DNA from: Candidatus Methylomirabilota bacterium
Lineage (GTDB): Bacteria > Acidobacteriota > Terriglobia > Acidiferrales > UBA7541
Direction: 5' to 3'
Assembly (NCBI GenBank): GCA_035490135.1
Contig: DATHGV010000193.1
Location: 5,746 to 69,745 of the forward strand
Length of the DNA stretch: 64,000 bases
Below the pieces are notes generated by a model. That model was not told the DNA's origin. It did not search any database and saw only the letters and a list, made by a program, of their open reading frames with translations. Shown in pieces: positions 50,185 to 59,967 of the stretch (the first letter of the stretch is position 1; each line of letters starts with the position of its first letter). The translations under genes and the position numbers were made by a program.

Positions 50185-51168
50185 GTGAGGAGTGCTCACA
50201 AGAATGCGTTTCACGCTTTCATAGCGGCGGCCGCTTTTGCACTCGCAGGTTGCTACGCAGGCGCGGGCGCAAGCGGCTCATTTGGTAAAACCTTTACTGT
50301 TACCGGACACACGCGGTTGGAGCTGAGCAATCCAACGGGCGACGTGGAAATTAGCGGGAGCGCCGATGGGCAAGTGCACGTGCACGGAGATGTGCGCGCC
50401 AGCGGCATGGGGTTTGATAAACCCCAAGAACGGCTGAATGAGACGCTGGCGAACCCGGGAATTGAGCAGAGAGGCGACACCATTCGGGTTGGAAAACATT
50501 TCTCGAACATGCGGAATTTGACTATCGCGTACAAGATCGAAGTGCCGCATGACACGGAAATGAATTTGACCGTGGTGTCCGGCGCACTGAACATCCGAAA
50601 TGTGCGTGGACCTGTCACCGCGCAGGGAGCCTCGGGCTCCATACGCGTGGAACAAATTGAACGGGACGCGCAACTGACATCCATGAGCGGCTCAGTAGAC
50701 GCCAATGATGTTGGTGGGGATGTACGGGCCTCGAGCGCTTCCGGAGAAGTAACCATCAACAACGCGAAGGGCGATGTGCAGGCACATACCCTTAGCGGCG
50801 CCGTGAAGGTGGTGAATCCGGGTGGGCGCGTGGAGGCTGACGACGCCAGCGGGTCAATTGATATAGAGGGCGCTAAATTCGACGCCAAGGCCCACGATGT
50901 TTCGGGCGAAATAATCATTCGCGGTGATCCTGGTGAACACCGGTATTGGGATCTCAAAACGGTATCCGGAAGCGTCAACGTATATGTGCCGCCCACTTCG
51001 AATTTTCGTTTTGCCGCGGACGCGATTTCGGGAGAAATCAAGGCCGATATTCCGATCGTAATCGAGGAACAGGGGAAACATTCGCTGCGCGCCCACGCCG
51101 GGAATGGGGGTGGGCGAATTGAAGTGCACACTGTTTCCGGAGAAATTCACGTTAGCGGGGCCCCTTAA
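50185..51168 (+). CDS. DUF4097-like beta-strand repeat lipoprotein
   Basis: LAGC lipobox; recurrent xSGxI/V repeats. Confidence 0.8.
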   Translation: MRSAHKNAFHAFIAAAAFALAGCYAGAGASGSFGKTFTVTGHTRLELSNPTGDVEISGSADGQVHVHGDVRASGMGFDKPQERLNETLANPGIEQRGDTIRVGKHFSNMRNLTIAYKIEVPHDTEMNLTVVSGALNIRNVRGPVTAQGASGSIRVEQIERDAQLTSMSGSVDANDVGGDVRASSASGEVTINNAKGDVQAHTLSGAVKVVNPGGRVEADDASGSIDIEGAKFDAKAHDVSGEIIIRGDPGEHRYWDLKTVSGSVNVYVPPTSNFRFAADAISGEIKADIPIVIEEQGKHSLRAHAGNGGGRIEVHTVSGEIHVSGAP

Positions 51169-51261
51169 GCGTCTGACCTTGAAATAACAATCAGACTATC
51201 CTGTTGAGCTGCCAATCCGTGAAACCTGCATCGTACGCCGTAGATACCTTAGAATCGAGAC

Positions 51262-52638
51262 ATGGCTCCAAGGCCCGGTTTGCTCGTCGCCATAATATTG
51301 GCGATAACTTTGCTCACTTTAAGCAATACCGCTCTGGTGTGCGCACAAAACGATAACAAGCCGAGTGCTTCTACCCCCACGCAACAGCAGAACCCGGGCC
51401 CTGAGAAAAGCAGCCCGCCCCTAAAAGCCCCAAGTGCCGCAGAGGAACTTCAGCAAGCGATTGCGAACGCTGGAAACGACCGGGCGGCGCTAGTCCGCAA
51501 CCTGGAAGCGTACCTTGTAAAATATCCGGACTCACCGCAACGACCGCAAATTTATCGCGCGCTGGTGGAAGCCAACTTACAACTTCGCGACACGGCACGG
51601 GCGGCAGATTATGCGGAACGCGTCGTGGCGCTCGCTCCCGAAGACATGTCGATCACGCTGGTGGCAATTCAACTACTCCAGCGCAGCGGCGACGAGGCGG
51701 GGCTGCGCCGTGCAATTAGTTATGCCGGACGGGTGCTGGCCTTTGTGGAACGAACCAGCCTGGATGAGAAATCGCCGAAAATGTCGCCTGACGAATGGCG
51801 GATGGCGAAGGTGCGTGACCGCGCTTCCGTTTTGCAATTGCGTGGGGAGCTATCTCTGAAGTTAAAGGATAAGGCGGGGGCGCAAAAGGATTTTGAATCT
51901 AGTTACGCGGCGTCGCCCACCGCCGGAGCAGCTGAAAAACTGGGAGAAGTGGCGGAGATGAATAAGGACTTCAGTGCGGCTATTGAGCAATATGCGCGAG
52001 CCTTTGCTCTGGCGGATAGCGCGAACCCCGGGGTGACCCGTCGAGAAATTCGCCAAAAGATTGGAAATGTGTGGCGGATTGCCCATGGTTCCGATGAGGG
52101 ACTGGGTGATTACCTGTTACGGGCGTATGACCAAGTCTCGCAAGCGACCAGCACTGCTAAAACTAAGAAAAACTCCGGAGCGCGGGAAGTTTCCGAATTT
52201 ACGTTACGGAAAGCTCCGGATGGAACGCCTTATCCACTAGCCGCCAAAAAAGGCGAGGTGCTAGTAGTGAGTTTCTGGGCTACCTGGTGCGGCCCATGCA
52301 GAGCGCTCGAACCGCAATTCGAGCGGGTCGCGGCACAGTTCAAAGGAAATGAGCAAATTTCTTTTATCGAAGCCGATTGCGACGATGACGAAAGCCAAGT
52401 CGCGCCGTACCTGGAAGAAGTAAAACCGCACGTGCCGGTGGTTTTTGCGGACGGTTTGGATCACCTGTTAGCAGTCAACGATCTTCCCACCGTCGTCATC
52501 ATCGATCGTCGCGGCAAAGTCACCTATCGCGCGGAAGGATTCGGAGAGGAAACGTTCGAACGCGACCTAACCTCAGCAGCCCGGCGCGCACTGGAAACGT
52601 CAGCTACGAGCCTGCCCCCTGCGACTTCCGCTCCGTAG
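51262..52638 (+). CDS. secreted TPR plus TlpA-like thioredoxin domain protein
   Basis: Signal peptide, helical repeats, FWATWCGPC, cis-Pro LPT. Confidence 0.85.
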   Translation: MAPRPGLLVAIILAITLLTLSNTALVCAQNDNKPSASTPTQQQNPGPEKSSPPLKAPSAAEELQQAIANAGNDRAALVRNLEAYLVKYPDSPQRPQIYRALVEANLQLRDTARAADYAERVVALAPEDMSITLVAIQLLQRSGDEAGLRRAISYAGRVLAFVERTSLDEKSPKMSPDEWRMAKVRDRASVLQLRGELSLKLKDKAGAQKDFESSYAASPTAGAAEKLGEVAEMNKDFSAAIEQYARAFALADSANPGVTRREIRQKIGNVWRIAHGSDEGLGDYLLRAYDQVSQATSTAKTKKNSGAREVSEFTLRKAPDGTPYPLAAKKGEVLVVSFWATWCGPCRALEPQFERVAAQFKGNEQISFIEADCDDDESQVAPYLEEVKPHVPVVFADGLDHLLAVNDLPTVVIIDRRGKVTYRAEGFGEETFERDLTSAARRALETSATSLPPATSAP

Positions 52639-53554
52639 ACTGAGGATATTTCTCAGCCACTTCGCGAGCCGCGATGATGGTATTGACGTGGATCGCGACA
52701 GTATCTTCCACACGCCGCGCATAACCTCCGGCCAGAGCGGTTGTAACCGGAATGGAACGCGATCTTGCGGCTTCAAATACTTCACGATCCCTGCGCTTCA
52801 AACCTGCTTTGGTTAGTAAAAGACCTCCAAGCTGATCTTCGGAGTAGGGATCTGCGCCGCCAACGTAAAAAATCATGTCGGGTTCAAATTTATCGAGACA
52901 ACGCTCCACTGTGGGGATTAGAGCGGCAAGATATTCATCGTCGCCGGCACCATCTCGCATATTTAGATCCACGGTGGATGGAGGCTTGTCGGCCGGATAA
53001 TTATTTACCTGGTGGATGGAGATGGTGAAGACCGAAGAATCACCGGTAAAAATGGCCGCGGTGCCGTTGCCGTGGTGCACGTCAGTGTCGACAATCATGG
53101 CTTTCTTGATGTCGCCATCACTTTGCAGACGACGAAGCGCGACGGCGACGTCATGAATCGCGCAGAAACCTTCCCCGTGGTTGGCGTAGGCGTGGTGAAA
53201 GCCGCCGCTTAAATTCGACCCGAACCCATCCCGCAAGGCCGACTGCGCCGCCAGGATTGTGCCACCTGCGGCTAGCCAGACCGCTTCCGCTAGCTCCGGC
53301 GAGTAAGGGACTTCCAGTTTCATAATTTCACTGGCGGAGAGTGAGCCGGTTTTTAATTTGTTCACCCATGAAGAGGTGTGTACCCGCAAAAGATCTTCAT
53401 CGGAGGCGGGCTGGGGCGTAAGAAAATCGCCAGGACCTGCAATTCCCGAACTAAGGAGTTCTTCGGCGATCCAGCGAAATTTCTGCGAGGGAAAAACATG
53501 TGCGCCGAGATTCAAATCGTAGCGCGGGTGATAGACGACTTTAAAAGGAAGCAT
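52604..53554 (-). CDS. histone deacetylase family protein
   Basis: H.FP..KF, GGFHHA, GEGFC, DTDVHHGNGT, GADP..D.LG, GGY. Confidence 0.92.
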   Translation of the reverse strand: MLPFKVVYHPRYDLNLGAHVFPSQKFRWIAEELLSSGIAGPGDFLTPQPASDEDLLRVHTSSWVNKLKTGSLSASEIMKLEVPYSPELAEAVWLAAGGTILAAQSALRDGFGSNLSGGFHHAYANHGEGFCAIHDVAVALRRLQSDGDIKKAMIVDTDVHHGNGTAAIFTGDSSVFTISIHQVNNYPADKPPSTVDLNMRDGAGDDEYLAALIPTVERCLDKFEPDMIFYVGGADPYSEDQLGGLLLTKAGLKRRDREVFEAARSRSIPVTTALAGGYARRVEDTVAIHVNTIIAAREVAEKYPQSTERKSQGAGS

Positions 53555-53574
53555 AGCGATCCGCGGTGATGCAA

Positions 53575-54558
53575 TTAATTTTCGCGAGAGAGAATGAAAT
53601 CCGGAAGGGTCATCAGCGCGCGACCATACTCGCTGTCGGCGTGCCCGTTCAGACAAGCTTTCGCGCGGCGGGCGTAATCGTGAGCGAGTTCGCGCGCGCG
53701 CCCGAGGGCTCCAGAGTCTTGAACCAGTGCGACCAGCGTTTCTGGGCGTACGGAATTAAATTCCTTTTCTTCTAGGACTTGGATGACGAGATCTCTAGCG
53801 TCGCGGTGGCCGTTTTCCATGGCGTAGATGAGCGGAAGGGTAACTTTTCCTTCTTTCAGGTCGCTAAGCACGGGCTTCCCGAGTTGTTTTGCCGAAGCCG
53901 TAAAATCGAGCAGATCGTCGACCAGTTGAAAGGCCAGACCGGCGTAGCGGCCGTAATCCGCGAGGGCCTCTTCTTCTTCTCCCTCGAGTCCGGCGAGGAC
54001 AGCGCCGAGCCGAGCGCACCCGCTGAAGAGACATGCAGTTTTGTATGTCGCAAGCCGTACGGCATCATCTTCGGTGACGTCAATGCGGCCGATCTTCTCG
54101 AGTTGAATGAGCTCGCCTTCCACCATTTTTTGTGTGAGGTCGATCAACACGTCGAGGATGCGGAAATTTCGCTCCTCCAGCGCCATCTGGAAGGACTGCA
54201 TGTAGAGCCAGTCGCCAGCCAAAACGCTACGGTGATTGCCCCATCTGGAATTCGCGGAGGGACGGCCGCGGCGGGTGTTTGCGCTATCGATTACATCGTC
54301 GTGAATCAACGTAGCGCTATGAAGGAGCTCCACGACTGCGGCCAGTCGAATTGCACCGGGGCTGCGTGCGCCTGCATAGCGATTGCACAGTATGAGCAGC
54401 GCCGGGCGCAGTCGTTTGCCGCCGCCGCCCAGAAGATAGCTGGTTATTTCCGAAACTGGTTCGAATGCGGTAGCACTTTGCCGTGAAAGTTCCTCTTCGA
54501 CGAGGACGAGATCGTCGCGGACTAGATCGAAGATCTCCTTAGCGGTTAGCAGCGCGAT
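53575..54558 (-). CDS. polyprenyl diphosphate synthase (IspB-like) with apparent ATC start
   Basis: GGKRLRP, HDDVID..RRG, GD, FQLVDD, DL.EGK.T; frame open to ATC 54558, which follows AGGAGG by 6 nt. Confidence 0.9.
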   Translation of the reverse strand: MALLTAKEIFDLVRDDLVLVEEELSRQSATAFEPVSEITSYLLGGGGKRLRPALLILCNRYAGARSPGAIRLAAVVELLHSATLIHDDVIDSANTRRGRPSANSRWGNHRSVLAGDWLYMQSFQMALEERNFRILDVLIDLTQKMVEGELIQLEKIGRIDVTEDDAVRLATYKTACLFSGCARLGAVLAGLEGEEEEALADYGRYAGLAFQLVDDLLDFTASAKQLGKPVLSDLKEGKVTLPLIYAMENGHRDARDLVIQVLEEKEFNSVRPETLVALVQDSGALGRARELAHDYARRAKACLNGHADSEYGRALMTLPDFILSREN

Positions 54559-54606
54559 GGGATTCCTCCTGGCACCGCTCGAATCATGCGGCCCAACTTT
54601 GCCGCA

Positions 54607-55422
54607 TCAAAATGTAGCGGCCGGAGATTCTGGCGGCCGGACAAGCTGGAAGAAACGCCAAAAATTTGCTGATGTGGAGGCGGCGAATTCTTCCGGCGAC
54701 AAGTTTCTCACATTCGCGAGCGTACGCGCTACTTCCGCGACATAGGCGGGCTCGTTGCGTTTGCCGCGGTAGCGTTGAGGAGCGAGGTAGGGAGAGTCGG
54801 TTTCGATCAGGATGCGGTCAAGAGGGACTTCCTTTGCGACATCGCGGATGTGGTGGGTCTTCGGATAAGTGGAATTGCCCGCGAAGGAAATCATGAAGCC
54901 GGCGTCGAGGCCGCGTCGGGCTTCCTCGATCGTGCCGGTGAAACAATGCAGGATGCCGCCGAGCCCTGTGGGGCGCCAGACTTCTTCGATGAGCGCAAGG
55001 CAATCGGGCCAGGCATCGCGACAGTGAATGATGAGGGGGAGTTTGGCGTCGCGGGCCAGAGCCATTTGGTCGCGGAATACCTGATGCTGGACATCGCGCG
55101 GGGAGTGATCGTAAAAATAATCCAGTCCAATTTCGCCCCAAGCGATTACTTTGGGATGTTTTGCGAGGATCGCGAGTTTTTCGACGTGCTGCGGTGTGAC
55201 TTGCTTCGCTTCATGCGGATGAATTCCGACGCTGGCGTAGATCCAGTCGTATTGATCCGCGTAGGGCAGCGCGGAATCTAATTTCTCCGGCCCGGGCCCG
55301 GTGCCGATCGCGAGCAGCGCCGATACCCCCACGAGTCGGGCCCGCTCCAACATGGCTTCGCGATCGTCCGCAAACTGGGGGAAATCGATGTGGGCGTGAG
55401 AGTCGACTAGTTCCATTTGCAA
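54607..55422 (-). CDS. tatD: TatD family hydrolase
   Basis: DSHAH, GIHPH, GEIGLD, HCR, HCFTG, ETDSPYL. Confidence 0.93.
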   Translation of the reverse strand: MQMELVDSHAHIDFPQFADDREAMLERARLVGVSALLAIGTGPGPEKLDSALPYADQYDWIYASVGIHPHEAKQVTPQHVEKLAILAKHPKVIAWGEIGLDYFYDHSPRDVQHQVFRDQMALARDAKLPLIIHCRDAWPDCLALIEEVWRPTGLGGILHCFTGTIEEARRGLDAGFMISFAGNSTYPKTHHIRDVAKEVPLDRILIETDSPYLAPQRYRGKRNEPAYVAEVARTLANVRNLSPEEFAASTSANFWRFFQLVRPPESPAATF

Positions 55423-55428
55423 GGGATG

Positions 55429-57420
55429 CTACTTGAGGCGGGCGCCGACTTCCACATCTTCCAGGAAACCAGCGAGGACCGGCCTTCCTTCCGGGCCGAC
55501 AGCCGCCGCGACGATCATGCCGTTGGATTCGACACCGCGCAGTTTGCGTGGGGCGAGATTCGTAACTACTGCCACTTTGCGGCCAATTAGTTTTGCCGGT
55601 TCGTAAAACTGGGCGATGCCGGCGCAGATTTGGCGCACTTCCGTGCCGATATCCACGGTGAGTTTCAGCAATTTGTCCGCGCCTGCGATGCGTTCAGCGG
55701 TTTGAATTTGCCCGACGCGCATTTCGACCTTGGCAAAGTCTTCAATGCCGATTTTTTCCGTGGCTGCGGGTGCCGCGGCTGGAGCAGCAGCCGCAGTGGG
55801 TGCATTTGCGGGTGCGGCTGATGCTGGTGCAGCGGCCGGTTTTTGTGACTGATTTTCCATGGCTTCGATCCTCTCCATTGCTTCGGTTTTTTCGACGCGC
55901 GGAAACAAAGCTTGAAGTTCTCCGAGCTTTACGCCCGGTAAGAGTTGGCCCCAGCGCAGAGTGTCTAATTCGAGCGATGCTAAATTTCCGGTTTGTCCAA
56001 GAAGCTTCCAAACCTTGGCAGTGCTTTCGGGCAGAATCGGGTGTGCTAGTGCAGTTACGATGCGCAAAACTTCGGCGGTCACCCACAAAATTGTTCCGCG
56101 ACGTTGCTGGTCCGCGTCGGAAGTGCCCAGACTCCAGGGTTGTTCGGTGGTGAGATATTTATCGGCGGCGGCGATGATAGACCAGATCAATTCGAGTGCG
56201 CGCGAGAATTCGAATTTATCGTAGTGTTCGAGGGCCTCAGCGATGGAGGCTTGCGCGACTTTGGCGAGTCCCTGGTCTTGCGGCTGAAGCTCAGTGGCCT
56301 TGGGAATTTTTCCGCCCAAACTGCGATCAATCATCGCCGCGGTGCGGCTGGCAAGATTGCCGAGGCCGTTCGCAAGATCGCTGTTGTAGCGAGCGATCAG
56401 CGCCTCGCGACTGAAGCCGCCGTCTCCTCCGAAAACAATTTCACGCAGCAGGAAGTAGCGCAAGGCGTCTACACCCAAGACGCTGACGATGGGCTGCGCG
56501 GATTGAATATTGCCGCGCGATTTGGACATTTTCTCGTCCTGGAACAAGAGATGGCCGTGAGCAAAAATCTTTTTGGGCAGGTCCAGACCCGCAGCCATCA
56601 GGAATGCGGGCCAGTACACCGCGTGGAAACGGATGATTTCCTTACCGACCAGATGCACATCGGCCGGCCAATAGCGGGCGAATTCATCTTTCCGGACGGG
56701 GTAGCCCACGGCAGTGATGTAATTCGTCAGCGCGTCGGACCATACGTAGAAAACATGTTTCTCGTCGCCCTGCCAGGGGATTCCCCACTTTAATGTTGTG
56801 CGGCTGATGGAAAGATCACGCAAACCGCCGCGAACAAAAGAAATTACTTCGTTGCGGCGAGCTTCCGGCTGGATGAAGTCCGGGTGTTGTTCGTAATAGT
56901 TCAGGAGTGGCTTTTCAAATTTTGAAAGCTGGAAAAAGTAATTTTCTTCTTTGACGCGTTCGGTGACGCGGCCGCATTCCGGACAAGTCGCGCCCGGGGT
57001 GGAGTCGTCGATATACATTTCGTCGGAGACGCAGTAATTCCCCTCGTAATGCCCCTTATAGACGTAGCCGTTGTTTTGAATCTCACGAAACAGATGCTGT
57101 ACGGCGTGAGCGTGGCGGGTTTCGGTGGTGCGAATGAACCGGTCGACACGCAGGCCCAACTCTTTCCAGAGGTCGCGGTATTCTGCGGACACGCGATCGA
57201 CGAAATCAATCGGCGATTCGTTGTTATTCTTCGCAGAGCGCTCGACTTTTTGGCCGTGCTCATCGGTGCCGGTCAGGAAGAGCACGTCGAATCCGCGCAT
57301 CTGTTTATAGCGCGCGATAGCGTCCGCGGCGATGGTGGTGTACGTGTGCCCGAGGTGCGGACGCGCGTTTACATAGTAAATCGGAGTAGTGATGTAATAC
57401 TTCGGTTTTGCGGACGCCAT
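55429..57420 (-). CDS. metG: methionine--tRNA ligase with C-terminal tRNA-binding domain
   Basis: TTPIYY, HLGH, GTDEHG, YVWSDAL, KMSKS, C-terminal OB fold. Confidence 0.97.
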   Translation of the reverse strand: MASAKPKYYITTPIYYVNARPHLGHTYTTIAADAIARYKQMRGFDVLFLTGTDEHGQKVERSAKNNNESPIDFVDRVSAEYRDLWKELGLRVDRFIRTTETRHAHAVQHLFREIQNNGYVYKGHYEGNYCVSDEMYIDDSTPGATCPECGRVTERVKEENYFFQLSKFEKPLLNYYEQHPDFIQPEARRNEVISFVRGGLRDLSISRTTLKWGIPWQGDEKHVFYVWSDALTNYITAVGYPVRKDEFARYWPADVHLVGKEIIRFHAVYWPAFLMAAGLDLPKKIFAHGHLLFQDEKMSKSRGNIQSAQPIVSVLGVDALRYFLLREIVFGGDGGFSREALIARYNSDLANGLGNLASRTAAMIDRSLGGKIPKATELQPQDQGLAKVAQASIAEALEHYDKFEFSRALELIWSIIAAADKYLTTEQPWSLGTSDADQQRRGTILWVTAEVLRIVTALAHPILPESTAKVWKLLGQTGNLASLELDTLRWGQLLPGVKLGELQALFPRVEKTEAMERIEAMENQSQKPAAAPASAAPANAPTAAAAPAAAPAATEKIGIEDFAKVEMRVGQIQTAERIAGADKLLKLTVDIGTEVRQICAGIAQFYEPAKLIGRKVAVVTNLAPRKLRGVESNGMIVAAAVGPEGRPVLAGFLEDVEVGARLK

Positions 57421-57523
57421 TTCCTCTATTTTGACCTAAGTCTTCCGGATACAAGTGCTCAATATTTTGCGCCAGCTGATTAGTCCGGCCAGCGCTTCCA
57501 AATAAATAAATTGATGCGTGAAT

Positions 57524-58711
57524 TTAGCTAGCTTTTTCGCCGGCTTGATACGCACGTAAGGCTTCGCTGATTACTTGTTGCAATGGAACTTGTTTTTCGA
57601 CGGCAAGTTTGCGGCAATCATCATACTCTGGTGTGACGTGCAGAATGTGCCCATTCGAGCGTGACAGTTTGATGCGCACCGAGCCATAAGTGGTAGAAAC
57701 GTTCACCCACTCCCGCGGCAAGGCCCGGCGTTGCTCCCGGTGCGAGCGTATGCCGAATGTCGTGGTCTCGGCGAAAATAAGCGACATCAACGTGTCGGTG
57801 TCTTCGGGTCGGCACAAAACGGTCAGCAACGTACCGGGGCGATTCTTTTTCATCTGCAATGCGGTGGTGTACACATCCAAAGCGCCCGCCGATAATGCTT
57901 TTTCCAGAACGTAGCCATAGATTTGCGGGTTCATGTCATCGAGGTTGGCTTCGATGATGGAAATTTCTTGATCGTTCGCGGACGACGTTTTGTCGGGGGA
58001 TTCACCAATCATGATGCGTACGACGTTCGGTTGTCCTTCGAGATCGGCCGTTCCGGCGCCGTAACCGATGGCGGAAACAGTCATGGGCGGTTGTGGCCCG
58101 AAAGAAAGGCATAATGTTGCGACGATGGCCGCGCCAGTGGGAGTCACCAGTTCACGCTGCACGCCATTCGAGAAGGTCGGCGCGCCTTGCAAAAGTCTGG
58201 CTGTCGCCGGCGCGGGTACAGGCAACACGCCGTGAGCCATTTTTGCCGTGCCGCCGCCAACATTCAGCGGCGAACATGCAAAGCGCTCAATGCCCAGAGC
58301 ATGAAATCCTATACATGATCCAACAATGTCAACAATCGCATCGACGGCACCAACTTCATGGAAATGAACTTTTTCAAGGGGCGCGTCGTGAACGTGCGCT
58401 TCGGCCTCACCAAGTTTTTGAAAAATGCGCGAAGCGCGTTCTCGAACTGGCGGAGCCAGATTTGAATTGTTCAAAATTTCAAGAATGGTCGTGAGTGAAC
58501 GATGTTTTTGCCGTTCTTCAGTCCGGACGCGTACATGGGTGGCGGCCATGCCGTTCTTCCAGACCTTCTCTGTGGTCAAAGTCCAACCTGGAACTTGCAG
58601 GGATTTTAATTCCCCACGCAGCAAGTCCGCGGAACAGCCAGCGTCCACAAGCGCTCCGAGCGTCATGTCGCCGCTGATACCCGAAAAGCAGTCAAAATAG
58701 GCAAGTTTCAT
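57524..58711 (-). CDS. larC: nickel pincer cofactor biosynthesis protein LarC
   Basis: DCFSGISGDM, HFHEVGAVD, TPTGAA, EANLDD, MKKNRPG, ETTTFG, PEYDDC. Confidence 0.94.
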   Translation of the reverse strand: MKLAYFDCFSGISGDMTLGALVDAGCSADLLRGELKSLQVPGWTLTTEKVWKNGMAATHVRVRTEERQKHRSLTTILEILNNSNLAPPVRERASRIFQKLGEAEAHVHDAPLEKVHFHEVGAVDAIVDIVGSCIGFHALGIERFACSPLNVGGGTAKMAHGVLPVPAPATARLLQGAPTFSNGVQRELVTPTGAAIVATLCLSFGPQPPMTVSAIGYGAGTADLEGQPNVVRIMIGESPDKTSSANDQEISIIEANLDDMNPQIYGYVLEKALSAGALDVYTTALQMKKNRPGTLLTVLCRPEDTDTLMSLIFAETTTFGIRSHREQRRALPREWVNVSTTYGSVRIKLSRSNGHILHVTPEYDDCRKLAVEKQVPLQQVISEALRAYQAGEKAS

Positions 58712-58812
58712 GGGGTCTTTCGCCGTACGAGAAGATCCAGAACGGCAAATGAAGTGGCTAATTGATAGTAGCGGCGGCGCTAAAAGGTGTCAAACATTGG
58801 CCATTTATATGG

Positions 58813-59343
58813 CTACTTCCTGAATTCGAGGACCATGTGCTCTTCGTCGTGGGCCTGATTGCCAATTTTTATTCCTTTCGGCTCGACGCCGAAAGAGCGA
58901 AATCCGAGGGATTCGTACAACTTTCGCGGAGCCGGTTGGTCGACCGCCACTGTTAGCATAACCATGTCTAAGCCGTCGATGGCCTTGGCACGTGCTATCG
59001 CAGCCTGCATTAGTGATCTAGCGATTCCACGCCCGCGTGCGGAAGGATTGACGAAGACGCCCCATATCCAGGCTTTATGCCGACGTTTTAAGGGCACTTC
59101 TTGATAACAGCCGACCATTCCGACAGCGCTGTCCCTTACGAACGCGCCGACAATGAAGTTTTCGGCATGGTCAGCACGCAAGCGCGTGACAAATTCTTCC
59201 ACGGAAATAGCGTGCAGTTCCTCCGGCGAATCCACGAAAGACCAGGGATCGGTCTCAAGTGCCAGCATGCGCAAATCCCAAAGCGCCCGAGCGTCTTGCT
59301 CGGTAAATAATCGGATCTCCGCTCCATTCTCCTGCGCTGGCAT
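58813..59343 (-). CDS. GNAT family N-acetyltransferase
   Basis: V.PSARGRGIA acetyl-CoA motif, LYESLGF. Confidence 0.9.
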   Translation of the reverse strand: MPAQENGAEIRLFTEQDARALWDLRMLALETDPWSFVDSPEELHAISVEEFVTRLRADHAENFIVGAFVRDSAVGMVGCYQEVPLKRRHKAWIWGVFVNPSARGRGIARSLMQAAIARAKAIDGLDMVMLTVAVDQPAPRKLYESLGFRSFGVEPKGIKIGNQAHDEEHMVLEFRK

Positions 59344-59463
59344 GCAAATAGAATACCAGCGCCCCTCAAAAACTTGACATCATCCCGTAACAAACATAAG
59401 ACTCTTCCGCACGTGTCCATGGAATTCTGAGATCGCTCTATTGCCATTTGAAGGAGGAGATAA

Positions 59464-59877
59464 ATGAGGCCGAATTATGTGGCGGTGTTTGTAGCCGCGC
59501 TAGCTTATTGGTTGCTGGGCGCGGTGTGGTTCGCAGTGCTGTTCAGCAAACCGTGGATGGCACTTGAACATATTACTCCGGAGCAGGCCAGCGGTTCGAA
59601 TCCCATCGCGCCATACATCATCTCGTTTGTTCTGAATCTGGTTATCGCGTTTGTATTAGCACAACTTTGCGCCTGGCGAAATGCCGACACAGCTGCACGT
59701 GGCGCAGCGCTGGGTATACTTATATGGATCGGATTTCTGGGTCCCGTGACATACACCACATACATGTATGAAATGCGGCCTAGACAGCTATTTGCCATCA
59801 ACGAATTTTACGCGTTGGTGGGGTTGTGCTTAATGGGCGCCATTCTGGGCGCGTGGACGAGGAAACCCGCCGCATAA
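59464..59877 (+). CDS. DUF1761-like membrane protein
   Basis: N..AV.VAA....LG..W...LF...W pattern, four TM segments; AGGAGG RBS. Confidence 0.8.
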   Translation: MRPNYVAVFVAALAYWLLGAVWFAVLFSKPWMALEHITPEQASGSNPIAPYIISFVLNLVIAFVLAQLCAWRNADTAARGAALGILIWIGFLGPVTYTTYMYEMRPRQLFAINEFYALVGLCLMGAILGAWTRKPAA

Positions 59878-59967
59878 ATTTCATCGAGATTGCACAACAC
59901 CAAATCCGTATTTCGGTCTTCCGTGTTAATTGTAGATGGTGAAATAGATTCACGGGATTGAGGAAAT

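Noticed and set aside
50253-51131. Long antisense ORFs (this one, plus 20154-20807, 11730-12374, 23393-24142, 53779-54486 and others)
   Set aside because: They are shadow frames of well-supported genes in GC-rich DNA, with no motifs of their own.
52604-59343. Deacetylase plus GNAT as an acetylation switch or toxin-antitoxin pair
   Set aside because: They are separated by four unrelated genes, and there is no antitoxin-like ORF next to the GNAT.
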